From Paramecium tetraurelia (Eukaryota), in NCBI GenBank assembly GCA_000165425.1, contig CT868363.1, forward strand, positions 372,001-436,000: a DNA stretch of 64,000 nucleotides, written 5' to 3'. A program made the position numbers and the translations under genes. Numbering within the stretch: the first letter of the stretch is position 1; each line of letters starts with the position of its first letter. Shown here piece by piece: positions 1 through 12,913 of this stretch. Under the pieces are notes generated by a model, which saw only the letters and a list, made by a program, of their open reading frames with translations, did no database searches and was not told the origin of the DNA.

Positions 1-3000
1 TCTTGGCAATAGAAAATTTTGATATGTACTTTTAAATCTACAAATAATAATTATTTATGAATGAGGATTTCGAAATAATAAGTGAAAATTTCTCAAAGCC
101 TATTGTACCTTTGATTAATTGTTTTTCATCCAGTATGAACAATTTAAACAAGAATTTTAAGTCTGCCAAAAAGATATTAAAGTTTTTATGGCACATGCTG
201 GACATCCACACCTATATTAGAGATGATTATATTTAGACAGTTAAGGTGTATGAGTTGAATAAAAAGGGAAAGTATCATTCTAAGAGTGAATAGATTCTAC
301 AAATAAAAGCAATAAAAGCTTTTCAGAATTTACTTGTGAACTAAGGGTTCTTTGAAATCTTTTTGTAATTTTGTAATTCATATGATAAAATAAAGATTGT
401 GCAATAATCAGAATTGTTTTTATTGAATAAGAAAAAGAAAGAGAAATTATTATATCAATTTTTATTAACTTCAATAAGATTAGTCAGAGGAATTGAATCT
501 GCGAATTAATTTGCTTAATAAAAACTAATGCAAGAGATCCTGAAAACTAAAAGCAATTACATGTTAAAAATATTTACTAGCATTTTTGAAAGATATCAAT
601 AGTAAGATGAAACATTAAAATTGCGATCTTTAATCTAACATGATATTAATCGAGTGTATTTGGCATATGAATTCAATGAAAATCATAGATTAGAGTAGAA
701 AAAGAATGCGATGAAATTGGGTATTTTGTAGGTTCAAATGAAATTGATTTAACTATTAGCTGAGGATCATTATAGACCATTCTAAGATTTCTTTAGAGAA
801 TAAATTGGATTTGCTTAGAATTATGATATCATTTAACATCTGATGAACATTTTGTTGAATTTCTTCAATTAAGAATCCTTTTATGCCTTAAGTCAGGATG
901 ATTACATTTTGATTTTAAATTGTTTTGATTGTCTTAAAGAAAATATCTAAGGGCCTTGTCCTTAAAACTAAGAAAAGTTATGTTAACCTTAGTTTTTAAG
1001 GTTATGTGGTAAACTATTGGGATTTGATGATTCTTAAATTAAGTTCTTGAATCTCTATCAAAGATTCAGTAAAATTGATTAAGCTTTATTGAATTAGGAT
1101 AAAGAACGATCAAGACTGTAAACTTAAGAACAAGTCAGAAAGATTAATAATCTTCAAGATAAAACAATCATTTAGTAATAGATTATTTAGTATTATATCT
1201 AATGTCCAATCTATTGTAAATAATTAGTCACATCATTTAGAAAAAGCAATTCACTGAACTACAAATTGTTTATGCTATCTGAAATCAAATACAGATGTGC
1301 AACAACATTGGAATCATTGACTGATAATGAGTAAAATGAATCAGATATTTTAAAGAGAATTTCAATGATTATCAATGAGAAGATACTGATTCGTAATATA
1401 ACAATTTAATATGAGAAATACAAAATCTTGCATGGTTCTGGTAAAAATTACACAAACCTTGTGTTTTCTCACTTGTTAGGGGAAGATGCAAAGAATATTG
1501 AATAGGAGAAGGAGAGAAAGAAGAATATATAAAGACGAAAAGTGTAAATAAAGGATAGCAATACTTATTGGTATTAGGTAGAATAGGAAGTGACAGTGGA
1601 ATCAGCTGTAAAAGACTTTTGGGACTCCTTTATAATAGAGACGGGATTCTCCTTATTTAATCTTTTAGCCCAAGTATATTAGATGAAGGATTAAGATGTG
1701 TTGGAGAGAATATATGAGCAAATAGACAATACGAAAACTTAGAAAAAGAAATATAAATCTATAGTCTTTTATAATCTCTACAAAGCAATATTTTAGGCTT
1801 CGCAATTAACAAAGTATTTAAGTTGTTATTATTATTTAGAAATATAAGGCAGCTGTAATAAAGTGCACAACTTAGTGACAAAATTTTTAATCCTTACAAG
1901 TTAAAGAAAGCATCAGGTGAATAGGAGGCTCAATAGAAGAAATTAGGTTATAGAGCTTTAAGGTTCTTTGCAACGAGAACAGGATCTATTGAAATACTGT
2001 TACCATCGAAATAACTAAAAAAAGTGATGTTTCCATTGGTTCCTCATTGTTTTGCTCTCAACAATGTAATTAAAGAGAAATTTGCTTCCGATATTGATAG
2101 ATTATCTTAATAGAGGAAGGTTGAATCAGTTTTGTCGAATTCTTCTCATATAATTTAGAAATTAAAAACTGAATATAAATTTTAAGCCTTATACAAAAAG
2201 AATTTTGTGATAAATTTGTTAGCTAGCCAATTAGAAACTATGGAAATAAATATATATTTTTAGTAATAGTGTTAGAAAATCTAATGATCCTATTCTCAAG
2301 TGATTCTAATTTAGAGAAGATATTCGGAGATATTTTGTTTGGATTAACAATTACATAAATAATTTTGTAATTCCTATGTTTTTTTATCTTTATAGTGAAA
2401 AAATTGCCATATTTAAGAATAAAATCATAAGAGATTGTGTTTGAAAAGCAAATAAATAGAATTAGAATGAGAGAGATTAAATATAAATATTTGGATAATT
2501 CTCAAAGCATAGTACTTCAAGAGGATTTTGTTTTAGAGAAGACTGACTCATTCTTATTGGAATAGAACAAATGGCGGAGACTCTATTTTAATATAACAGA
2601 TTACTTAACATTATATAAGTGCATCCTGTTGGATTATGAGATGATCTACTTCTTAATTTTTACAACCCTAGCCTTTATTGGACTGTATGTGAATATAGTT
2701 TTGGCATTGTTGCTATTGGACGTGTTTTGGAGATTCCCAACGTTGACATCAATTGTGAATGTAAATGATTAATTCATAAACATAGGCAATTTGGAGACCT
2801 AGTGGATCAATCTTATTGGTACTCTCTTTGTACATAATAATGTAATACTATTATTCTCTAATCGTTTATCATTATTATGCAGATCAATACACACCATATT
2901 GTGAAAACTTGCTCTAATGTTTCTCTTTCATATTAGATGTCACATTCAAGACAGATGGTGGTTCTGTTGGTTTTGTTTCCTCTAGTGATGTGTATGCAGA

Positions 3001-3512
3001 CGAGAACTACAGATACAGCATCCTGAATTTTTGGGAATTCGTTTATGTCTTCGTTGTAATTAGTTTGTTATACTCTATAATTACTGGTATCATCATAGAT
3101 TCATTTGGTGTGTTGAGAGATGAGGCTGAAGAACTGGATAATGATATCAAAGGATTTTGCTTGATTTGTGGGATAGATAGAGGGACTTTGGAGAAGAAGG
3201 CGAAACACAAGAAGGGATTTAGATTTCACGTTAAATATGAGCATTGCGTTTGGAATTACATCTTTTACATTTCCTATTTGGAGGATAAAAAGAAATCAGA
3301 TTATAACGGAATTGAAAGTTATGTAGATTCAGATTTGAAACGAGAGAGTATCAATTGGTTCCCCATTAATAAGTCACTTTCCATACCTGATGAAGAGGAG
3401 GAGCAGGAGGTAATCATTTATATTGAGTGATTAGGAACTGTCGAATTTTAAACAGACAATAGATGATAGATTAATAGAAATTTATAACAAAATTGATTAA
3501 CTTAAAGGTTGA
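1..3512 (+). CDS. IP3-receptor/ryanodine-receptor-like calcium-release channel, 3' part (5' end outside window); apparent frameshifts at ~2228 and ~2253
   Basis: With TAA/TAG=Q: RIH-associated segment (CLKENIQGPCPQNQ), RTGSIEI motif, TM helices, pore region FKTDGGSVGFV, inner helix IITGIIIDSFGVLRDE, C2H2 region CLICG...HVKYEHCVWNYIFY. Introns 1814-1839, 2761-2785, 3410-3434; TGA at 3510-3512. Confidence 0.93.
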
Positions 3513-3638
3513 TGAGTTTTATCTTATCAAGATATAGACACTTATTATACATACAATTTCATATAAAATATATTGAGTAGTATTCCCGTCTCATTTAAAC
3601 ATTGTGCATTATCTGATTTTTATTATTATAATTATTGT

Positions 3639-6600
3639 ATGCAGAAAGTCAAGGAGTGGCTCAAGCCATTTTCTGATTATTTTCTTAATGGTTTCTCTGA
3701 CACTTTTCAATTACTACTCGATAATTTCCTCGGGGATTATCTTGAAGACCCAAAATAACTGAATATGGGCACTTTGCTCAAAGGAGTTGAGATGTTGAAG
3801 CTCAACAAAACCTTCATCAATTAACTTCTCGGCCAAAGTTTGTTTACTCTTGAAGAGGCTTACATAAGTAATTTATGAAACTGATATTAAAAGAGTCTAT
3901 CAAAGTGGCTAATTTAAAGTTTGAGGCTAGTGGAGTCAAATTGGTGTTTGCACTGGTGAAGGAAATCAATATAGACGAGTTAAAGGAATATTTAGATAAA
4001 ACTGAGGAGGCAAAATAAAAGGAGATCTTAAAGCTCAATCAATTGGCTCAGTTAAGAGAGGAAGTTTATAAACATTCAGAATTCGAGTAGAGTGTAGACT
4101 TAACTAAATCGATGGGACCTCAAACAGGACTCATTCAATTCTTAGGCTTGGTTGATACCTTGTTAAGTAATTCCTCAATTACGATCAAGAATATTGAAAT
4201 TATACTAATAGCAGAAGGAGGAAAATAATATGAATTCCATATTCATCATACTAACATCAATTTTCAGAAGCAAAATCTTAAGTATGTTTCAATCTAATAA
4301 ATAGTAATTTACTTTTTATAAGCTTTGGAATAGATCAGATAGAACTCTAATTGGAAAAAGAGTAAATAGCCTTAATAGAAAATGCCTTAAAATTTGAGAT
4401 GGTAGTGGAAACCAAAAATGGGAGAGTGAACACAAAGGTGGATGGAAAGATCTCTTCCTTGGATATCGTACTCAATACGAAGCAAATTAAAAATCTATTG
4501 TCGACTGCACAAAAATGCTTATCGTTAACTGATGAATTGAACAAAATCATGATGGATTTAAAAGGAGAAACATTGGTAGAATTTGATGATGACTAAGAAT
4601 TCTAATAAAAATTAGAAAAAACAGAGTTCTCCTTTATAAATTCTCAAAACACAGTAACAACCAATAAAAAGAATGTACAACCTAAATTAGTTCCCAATTT
4701 CTCATATATGGATACTCTTAATAATAACTTATAGTAGTCTTTGGCCTAACATCCTATTCCTCAACAAAAAGAAAAACAATTCATTGAGTTCTCTCAGAGT
4801 ATCTTCAATACCTCACAAGAACAATTGGATTTTGGAAGCAGGAGTGTGAAAAATTAGGCTGAGACTTTTAAATGCTAATTTGATGGTATTAGAATAGCTG
4901 TAAGTGAAAATTCATAAACCTTTCCAAAATTAAAAGGAAGATTCTTCTAAGATCTTGAAAGTCACTTCTTTATTGAAATCATTAAGATCTAGGGAAGCTA
5001 CCATAAAGATAATATCAAATTTTAAATACAAAGTATTGGAGCTCACAGGGTTAGAGCAGATTCCAATAATGCTATCAATATAGTTTAAAGCTAAGAGATC
5101 TTTAGAAGCTGTCTTGAAAACCCTAGATATCAATTCTATGTAACTCCTGTGATAATGATGGGATTGGGAGAATAGGGTAGGGTAGAGTAAGACTTTGCCA
5201 TATATATATTTGACAAACTCTAGGAGGAATGTAAACCGTGCAAGGCATTGGAAATGTCTATTCAAATCTTCAATGGCAAAAATAGAGAAAAGTTTTATAT
5301 GGCAAATATGCAGGTCTCAGATTTCATTGGTTCCTTAAACCATGAATTATGTTTAAATCTAATGCAATATCTCCCTTAGAGCGAAGTATAGAAATTACCA
5401 GACTAGGAAATCAAAAAGCCATGCATGTTTGGATTTGACATAAAACTCCCATATGTTAATCTAAATTACTTCATAAACAATAAACCTATTTCGTTAAGAG
5501 CGAAAGATATCAAACTCAAATAAACTCCCGTTAAAAAATTCTCACATAAATTAGGAGCTATTGAAGCTTATGAGGGAATCCCTAAAAATGAGAATCCTTT
5601 ACAATTCCTTTGCATCTCCTTTTTCTCAATTTGGATTGAGTTTTCAGGATAAAACATAGTGACTATTGGATAGAACGTAGTTGATGATTTACAAATATAT
5701 CCATTAATTTACATAAGCTTTTAAGAAAAGAAAGATGTCAAGAAGAATGGCAAATCAGATTTAAGAGGGGCAGTTCAATACAGATAAGAGAGAAGTGAAA
5801 CCCTCATCAGAGGATCACTTCCCTTAGTTGATGTTCGAATCACTTAGGAACTATTATATTGGTTGATCTCATTAAATTAATATTTTGAGAAGCAATAGAA
5901 TTTAACTAATAAAAAGAAACCTTAGCGTTAATTAAAAGAGGAATCACTTACTTATATACAATTAAATATAGAATCTTCATCCTTAAATATGTTGGATCAT
6001 TTAAATAAAGATCTATTACAAATTGATTTAGAAAAAACTACTCTTATTTCTTCTAAATAAACTATTATATTAGTTCAAAATATATTGGTTATTGATAATT
6101 AATGTCCTTTGGTGAAATTTAATAGAAATATACTCTAATAAACAATTAAAAAATACTCTGCAACTTAAATTATGTTATATAGAACACACTCAAATTAATT
6201 TAGTTCTTAGATTATTTTTGCAGGATAAAAGCGATTATATTAAAAGCCAATCGAAGTAGATTACGACAATTATATTTTTAAATTGTAACTTGGTAAAATG
6301 ATGAGAATATCAATTCAGAATATTTGTCTAAGAATACCTGATTTCTAATTCACTTCATTTAAAAAGCTGAATCATATTTTATAAAACTTTAAATAGAATA
6401 CATAAAAGTAATAACAACACTAGGCTTAGCAAGAAAAAGAAATGGAAATTGAAATCAGAGTTCATAATAACTTATTTTTGGATATCTTTCCAATCAATGA
6501 AGTAGAAGAACTATCTAATTAAGGATTGTAAACCATCAAAGAGTTCTCGAATAGTAGAGCTTTAATTCATATCGAAGAATTGGTTTACAATAAAAGCTCA

Positions 6601-8013
6601 ACCCTATAATAAGCTAGATTATACGTTGGCAGACAAAATGGATTGGAGTTTCAATGTCCCTTAATTCTTGAGAATTATTTTGAGAAATTAAATGCTTTTT
6701 AATTCACATCAGTACTAACAATTGAATAACTTAAATTTATTAATAATACCATTAGAGTGGATTTAATCAAGGGCAATTTCAGATTTGACATCATTTAAAC
6801 AATCCTGGAAATCAATGAAGAATTATAACCTTACATTCCTTAAACTGTTCCTTAGGATCCTACAAAAAAAGAATATTTTATCTAAGGAGATTTCTCTAAA
6901 CCACTAATTGAAGGAGAGCAATTAGATAATAAAATCGAAATAATCATAGGGAAATTGCTGATCCATTTGGAAGAAGGACATACTTTTTATTAAATGCCAC
7001 TTTATATGGAGAATACAAATTCTAAACATAAAACTTTTGGAGAAGAGCTCTAAGAATACGTTGAATAGTCTGATAAGATTCAAAATAAAACATTAGACAC
7101 TGTTAGTTTGTGTTTTACAAATGTAAATTTATAAACAGAGTTATATTCCAAAGGGTAAACTGGTATTAAATTCTAATCTCATTTTGAAATTGAAGATAAT
7201 ATTAAAGATTCTAAATTCAAGCTCCTATTAAGTCCAGATACAGAAACATTTTGTTCAGAGGATAAAAGTTTTCCAATAGAAATTGGTTTAATCTTGGAAA
7301 ATTAAGCCTACACAGCATCTGTAAAGATTTCTCCAATGAGAATCTGCATATCTGGAGCTTTCCTTTAATTTGTTTTCAATTTCTAAAATAGTTAAAGTTG
7401 GATACAAAAATAAATTTATGAGGATCAGATTCAAATTTTTAATTCTGTCCAAAAATCGCCTTAGATTTGGTTGAAGGGTCTATAAATTATTGACACATGC
7501 TTCAATCTTTCATATGATTCTAAAGGATTGTAAATGGATGATCTCCTGAAGGGGTTGTTAAGAATTAGCTCATTTTATGATTTACAAATACCGATAAAAT
7601 ATATGAACTCCTAAATTCGAGGATCTCCTGAAGAAGTAATTAATTGTGTTTTAACATAATTCTAATAAAGTTTAGGCTCTAAATTGATGATTGCTGGTAA
7701 AGCATTAACCACTTTGGAAGTCTTCTCAACAGTTACTAATCTAGTGAAAGGCACTTTAAATTTACTTCTAAAACCATTGGAGGAGGGATTTCTTAAAGGT
7801 ACTAAAAAAGGAGTCTAAGAATTCTCTAATTCCTTAATAATTGCCTTACTCAATACCTTGAAGGTTCCTTCGTCAGTGATTATAACTGGAGGTGAAACAG
7901 TGGGCTTATAATCTTTGACCCTGCCGTTCAGATTCGTTAATGAAAGAAGCAATTAACTCTTAGATAAAATTAGTCCTTCAATGATTCCAAAAAGATTCTT
8001 CAAAAGATAGTGA
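3639..8013 (+). CDS. ATG2: ATG2-like / chorein-N bridge-like lipid transfer protein (~1440 aa)
   Basis: N-terminus LLLDNFLGDYLEDPK...LKLNKTFINQLLG...EEAYIKSIKV resembles chorein-N. C-terminus LVKGTLNLLLKPLEEGFLKGTKKGVQEF resembles the ATG2 C-terminal amphipathic region. Small introns near 3868-3893 and 4282-4304; ends ...FKRQ-TGA. Symbol assigned from remembered motifs only. Confidence 0.65.
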
Positions 8014-8099
8014 TTCATATAGATGTTTCCATAAATGATATTAAATTTCTATTTCATTTAATAATTATTAGAAAATTGTTTTGATATAAATTAAAAAAC

Positions 8100-9986
8100 T
8101 CAATAAATTAATGGTTTATCAATAGCTTTAAAATATGATGGTTCTAATTATGATTAATCCGAATATATTTTGAAAGAAAACTTATGACTAAAACTGCCAT
8201 CTTCTAATTTTAAATTCTAATCTATTTATATTCTATTGATTGGGCTTAGACAATCGAGTAAACTGGTTGTAACTTCTTAAATGATATAACTTTCATCTTG
8301 TTCTGTTCTTTGATTTTATTCTAATTTGTTGAAGCACGACAAATCAAGTGATTCTGAACTTTCAACATCAAATTAGAACAGAATTAATTTTAAATCAATT
8401 ATTTATTTTGATGCACTTTAGGAATCCTCAGCCTTCCTTCTAGTTTCTAAAACCTGATTATTTTAAGTATATTCTTCAATTATTTTGAGAGATACATTAT
8501 TGATGTAGCATGATTACTTAGCAATTTATTCAAAGATGTTAAACAGTATTTATGTTAAATATTTGATATTGACGTTTATTTGACAATTTTTATCCACATG
8601 ATTAAAAATATTAAATTTCATATTGTGATACTAAGATATAGCATGAAAGTATTATTAAATGGATTTAAGATACTCATAAATCATAACCTTCTTAAAAACT
8701 TGTAATTGAGTAGAAATCTTATTTCTTTGAAAATACAATACATAATTCCTAATATAATTAATTATAGATAAGCTTAAGCACTTTAGACTCATAATTTACT
8801 CTTATTCATTCGGACTACCAAATTATGTTTTATTGATTTATTTATATAAATTTTCTTGCTATGATACAATTTAGATTGAAAAATTGACCATAAGATTTTA
8901 ATGTTCTTTTATTTATTTTTGATGTTCGCCTATTAGATTTGATACTTGTTCAGATTTAATTATTCCGATTAAGATGGGCTTTCCGAAATTCATTTACTTT
9001 ATTTAAATTTTCATACTCATTATTTAATCTGTATTTTGATTGTGATACATTATTTCAACTTCATTGTCTGTGTCCTTAAAAATTGGTTCTTAGTCAGGTT
9101 TTATTTTTTTAAATAAAAACTCCTCTAATTTTAACCCTCTTTAAATCCCTTTGTCTGTTAATCTTTTTTAGCTCTCCTAACTTTTTACTACCAAATATGA
9201 TTGCCTGAGAAAATTCTTCATTTATTCAGTTTCTTTGATATTCATGCTCTCCTCAAATTTTTTGTTTTAAAATTCTAAAATAAATTATCTCGTTCGTGGA
9301 TCCAAGCTGATTGCAAACATGGAATCACTTACAAATTCATTGATTAGTTCTCTATTATATAAGAACAACATTACTTTTATTTATTAGCAATTAAATTCAG
9401 TGAAAATGCTAGTCGTGCTGTATATTCTTGCATATAAGTCCAAATTCCAAGGCAAACAACACAAGCAATTGTTTAAAATACATATTGAATTTGATCAGCT
9501 TTATAGACATCAAAAACCAATAAAAGTATGAAAGGAGTGAGAATTGTGTAAACTAATTTTAATCTGTTATCGCTATACTATAAAGTACCTACAGCGAAAC
9601 AACAAGTATTGAATCCAAACACAAATGTTGGTCTAAATTATCACAAAGTAATACATATTTAATCCGCTAAAGGCAATTAATACATTTGTTGATTGACTCC
9701 AAACAAAATAAAATGAAAAAATTTATCTGAGGTATGGCTCCAATTTCTTACCAATAATAAACATAAAAAAACACCCTCCAACTACTCCTATCATTATTAT
9801 TATTAGTTAAATGGGTTGTTGTTGAATAACAAAGGTGATTAAAAAAATTAAAGCAGCTACTGAAACCAATAAGTTTATCATTTGAAAAGAAATGAGTCTA
9901 ATCTTGTTTTAATGAGCTTCGAATTCAGCTTCAAAGTTAGGATCATAAAAATTCAATTTCCATTTATGGAAAGGTAAATTAATCAT
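8100..9986 (-). CDS. Multi-pass membrane protein with degenerate histidine-kinase-like C-terminus
   Basis: Starts MINLPFHKWKLNFYDPNFEAEF, followed by several hydrophobic helices and a cytosolic region with INVNIKYLTQILFNIFEQIAK (like the HATPase N-box 'RL.QIL.NLL.NA.K'); ends ...KFSFKIYSDQ...KPLIY-TGA. No H-box seen. Confidence 0.7.
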
Positions 9987-10733
9987 TCAATAACTTAGAT
10001 AAAATTAACAATGTAAAGTTCCCCTGCAAAATTGGGTATTATAAATTATTAAAAGCGCATTTTATGGTTGTAAAAAAAAAGAATATTCCATTCAATTGAA
10101 GCAATAACAAAAATATATATAAAGGGAATCGAAAATAAATTTAATTATTATAATATTTATAATCAATTAAAGGAATTGGGAAGTAAATTTATCAAATACA
10201 TTTCTACTATAATTAATTTAACCAAAGAGAAAGAGGATAAAATTTTCTCTGTTTATATTTCCAATTCGAAGTAGTTTGAATTTAATGGTTTATTAATTGT
10301 ACATATAAATAAATAAACGGTGGAATTAATATTGTTATCGAAAGCAATTTTAATACTCCTAATTAATGATGATAAAAAAATGATAAGAAAGCTGTTACAA
10401 AAATTATTTATTAAATTAAATTATATTAAATTTATATATCAATTCTTCAGGATCTAGAGGTATATAAATCATTAAAATTGTGTTCTTACTATTCTATGAT
10501 TTTGCAATCTATAAAATACAAGGAAATCATAATGTATACTCAAAGAATTATTTTCTACTTATTCGAATGGAATGAAATAGCTCATTAGAGATTGATTGTA
10601 TTTTATTATTTGGATGATAGAAAATATTAAAAAATGAAATTTAGATAATAATAGAATATATAAAGATCTATAAATGATTATTTCAAAAATAAGTGATATG
10701 ATTTCATATTAATTTTAATAACTATTTAATATT

Positions 10734-11113
10734 TCAAATTTAATAATGTTTTTCAAAGCTTTTTTCAAGTTCTCTCCTTGAAGAATCTCTGAAATAGGCT
10801 TTTTTATGGGTATCCAAAAATTCAACGAATTCAAAAACCTTGAATGATAATGACTGAATACCTTTTTCATGAATTTAGGCTTTAGAGAATCCAATGTGTG
10901 ATCGATGTAGTTATTCAAATATAAATGGTTCAAAAATACACACTAATAATGATTTGACACGCAATAATTAGGATTTTCATTTTAGACTAAATAATAATAA
11001 AAGACATTGGTATCAAGCTTCCCATAAAATTTCTCAGACAAATAATGCATCCCATGTGAAATTTATTAGGCTTATATTAAACATAATAATGTGAGTGTTA
11101 AAATTAAGTTCAT
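10734..11113 (-). CDS. Small predicted secreted protein (~118 aa), unknown function
   Basis: MNLILTLTLLCLIQAQQISHGMHYLSEKF (signal-peptide-like). One 23-nt intron (gtattcagtcattatcattcaag) gives ...VFEFVEFLDTHKKAYFRDSSRRELEKSFEKHYQI-TGA. Confidence 0.55.
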
Positions 11114-11238
11114 TAATATTATTTGATTAAAGAAAATTAGTATAATTACTTAACTAACATATTTAAAAAGCATATTTTCTATAAGAATCAGAAATATTTT
11201 GATTATCTCCATATATATGATTATATTAATTATTTAAC

Positions 11239-12766
11239 TCAATTCATTAATTCCTACATCTTCTTCATGATAGCCTCCATTTTCAATAAAGTTTAATCGA
11301 TGTCAAGAGAGTCTTTGCATTTCATTGAATTTAATAGTTCAACTACTAAGTTCCTTCCTTTTTATTAATTCAAACTATCAATAGAATTGCAATATTCTCC
11401 TAATCTCTACAATACTGTGACCAAAAGCGAGTTGTCTTATAATTAAAGTGATATAAATAAAAAAACCTCTCCCAATCTTTATTTCAATTTTTAGTAATTA
11501 TTATTCTTAAAATATTTATTTANNNNNNNNNNNNNNNNNNNNNNNNNNNNNNNNNNNNNNNNNNNNNNNNNNNNNNNNNNNNNNNNNNNNNNNNNNNNNN
11601 NNNNNNNNNNNNNNNNNNNNNNNNNNNNNNNNNNNNNNNNNNNNNNNNNNNNNNNNNNNNNNNNNNNNNNNNCTAATCTCTACAAATACTGTGACCAAAA
11701 AGCGAGTTGTCTTATAATTAAAGTGCTATAAATTAATAATTATTTTACAATCTTATAAGAAGTATTAGTACTTTTATGTTAAAATCTTTATTTCATCCCT
11801 CTTTATAGTAATTTATTCAATGGATTAATCTAATTTCTCTAATTCCTTTTTTCTGAATTCTATTTGTCTTTTTAATGTTTCTGGATCCCTTTTTTTAAAT
11901 GAGCCAAATCTTGAATCACAAGAGTTCACTGATCTCTTGCTTTTTTTAGCAGATGTCTGATTTTAACTAACTATGCAATTAGCAATTAAAGAATCGTTAT
12001 GGAAGGAGCATTCAATTTAATTTTATTGTAAGGGGACCTCAGTTTGATCTAAGTAATGATCAATAAATAGAATCTCATGAAAAGCATTCAGTTCTCTTTA
12101 TTGAGAGAACATGGTTAGAACAAATTATAAGTTTGGAAAGAATATAGTCAACGTTGTTTCAAATTTTGATCTGTAATTCCTAAGATTATATTTAATATAT
12201 AGGTATACGATTCTATGTTGTTCTATCTGATTCCAAGGTATTGTAATTCTTAGAGAGGGTTGGTTTTGAAAATTTTAAAAGCATTTAAATCATCAATTTG
12301 ATTTTTATTTAAATTGAGTCTAAATTAATAGGTTCAGTTTACGTAATAAGTTTAGGTAGGTCTAAAAATGATTTGCCGCATTTAGTTATTTTATTTTCCG
12401 AAAGATCTAACATCTAAATAAAAACACATCAAAAATAATCATACCTCAATATTCTTTGCAGTGGCAAAAAATTAATCATTTATTTGAGTTATTCCATTTT
12501 TTTTCAAGATCAATACTTTTAATAGAAATAAACCCTATAATGTGTTTGTCTTCACAAAGCTTCCTAGTTCATTATTTGATAGATCTAAGGCTTAAAGTTT
12601 TTTGAAATGCATGAAACTCAAAAGTTATTGTGTTTTGCAATTACAAGCAGTTAGTGTGTTATAATAGTCTGGTTCCTTGATAAATGTCTTGGTTTATAAT
12701 GGGAATAATGTTTACATCTATTTCTCCTGGGAGTTTAGTAAATTCTCTTTTCGATAAATCCAACAT
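11239..12766 (-). CDS. Leucine-rich-repeat protein spanning the N gap
   Basis: LRR motifs LQALDLSNNEL, LKVLILKKNGI, IEMLDLSENKI, LITLNLNKNQI. Several small introns. The frame continues on the other side of the gap to ...MKKMQELMN-TGA. Confidence 0.8.
11523..11672. other. Assembly gap (150 N) flanked by duplicated contig-end sequence
   Basis: 11400-11457 recurs at 11673-11733 with only homopolymer-length and single-base differences. Confidence 0.95.
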
Positions 12767-12913
12767 TTGATTAGTATATATTAAATTAATTTAAAGTTAA
12801 ATTATCTATAATTTTTCGGTTAAAAATACCAATTTGGTTTCTCCAATCTATCAATTATGATTTAACCCCTTAGACAAAGAATTGTAACTTCATCTAAGAC
12901 TGATATATTTTAT

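Noticed and set aside
11400..11733. Target-site duplication or retained IES around the N run
   Set aside because: Differences are homopolymer-type errors typical of contig ends, and merging the copies restores the gene.
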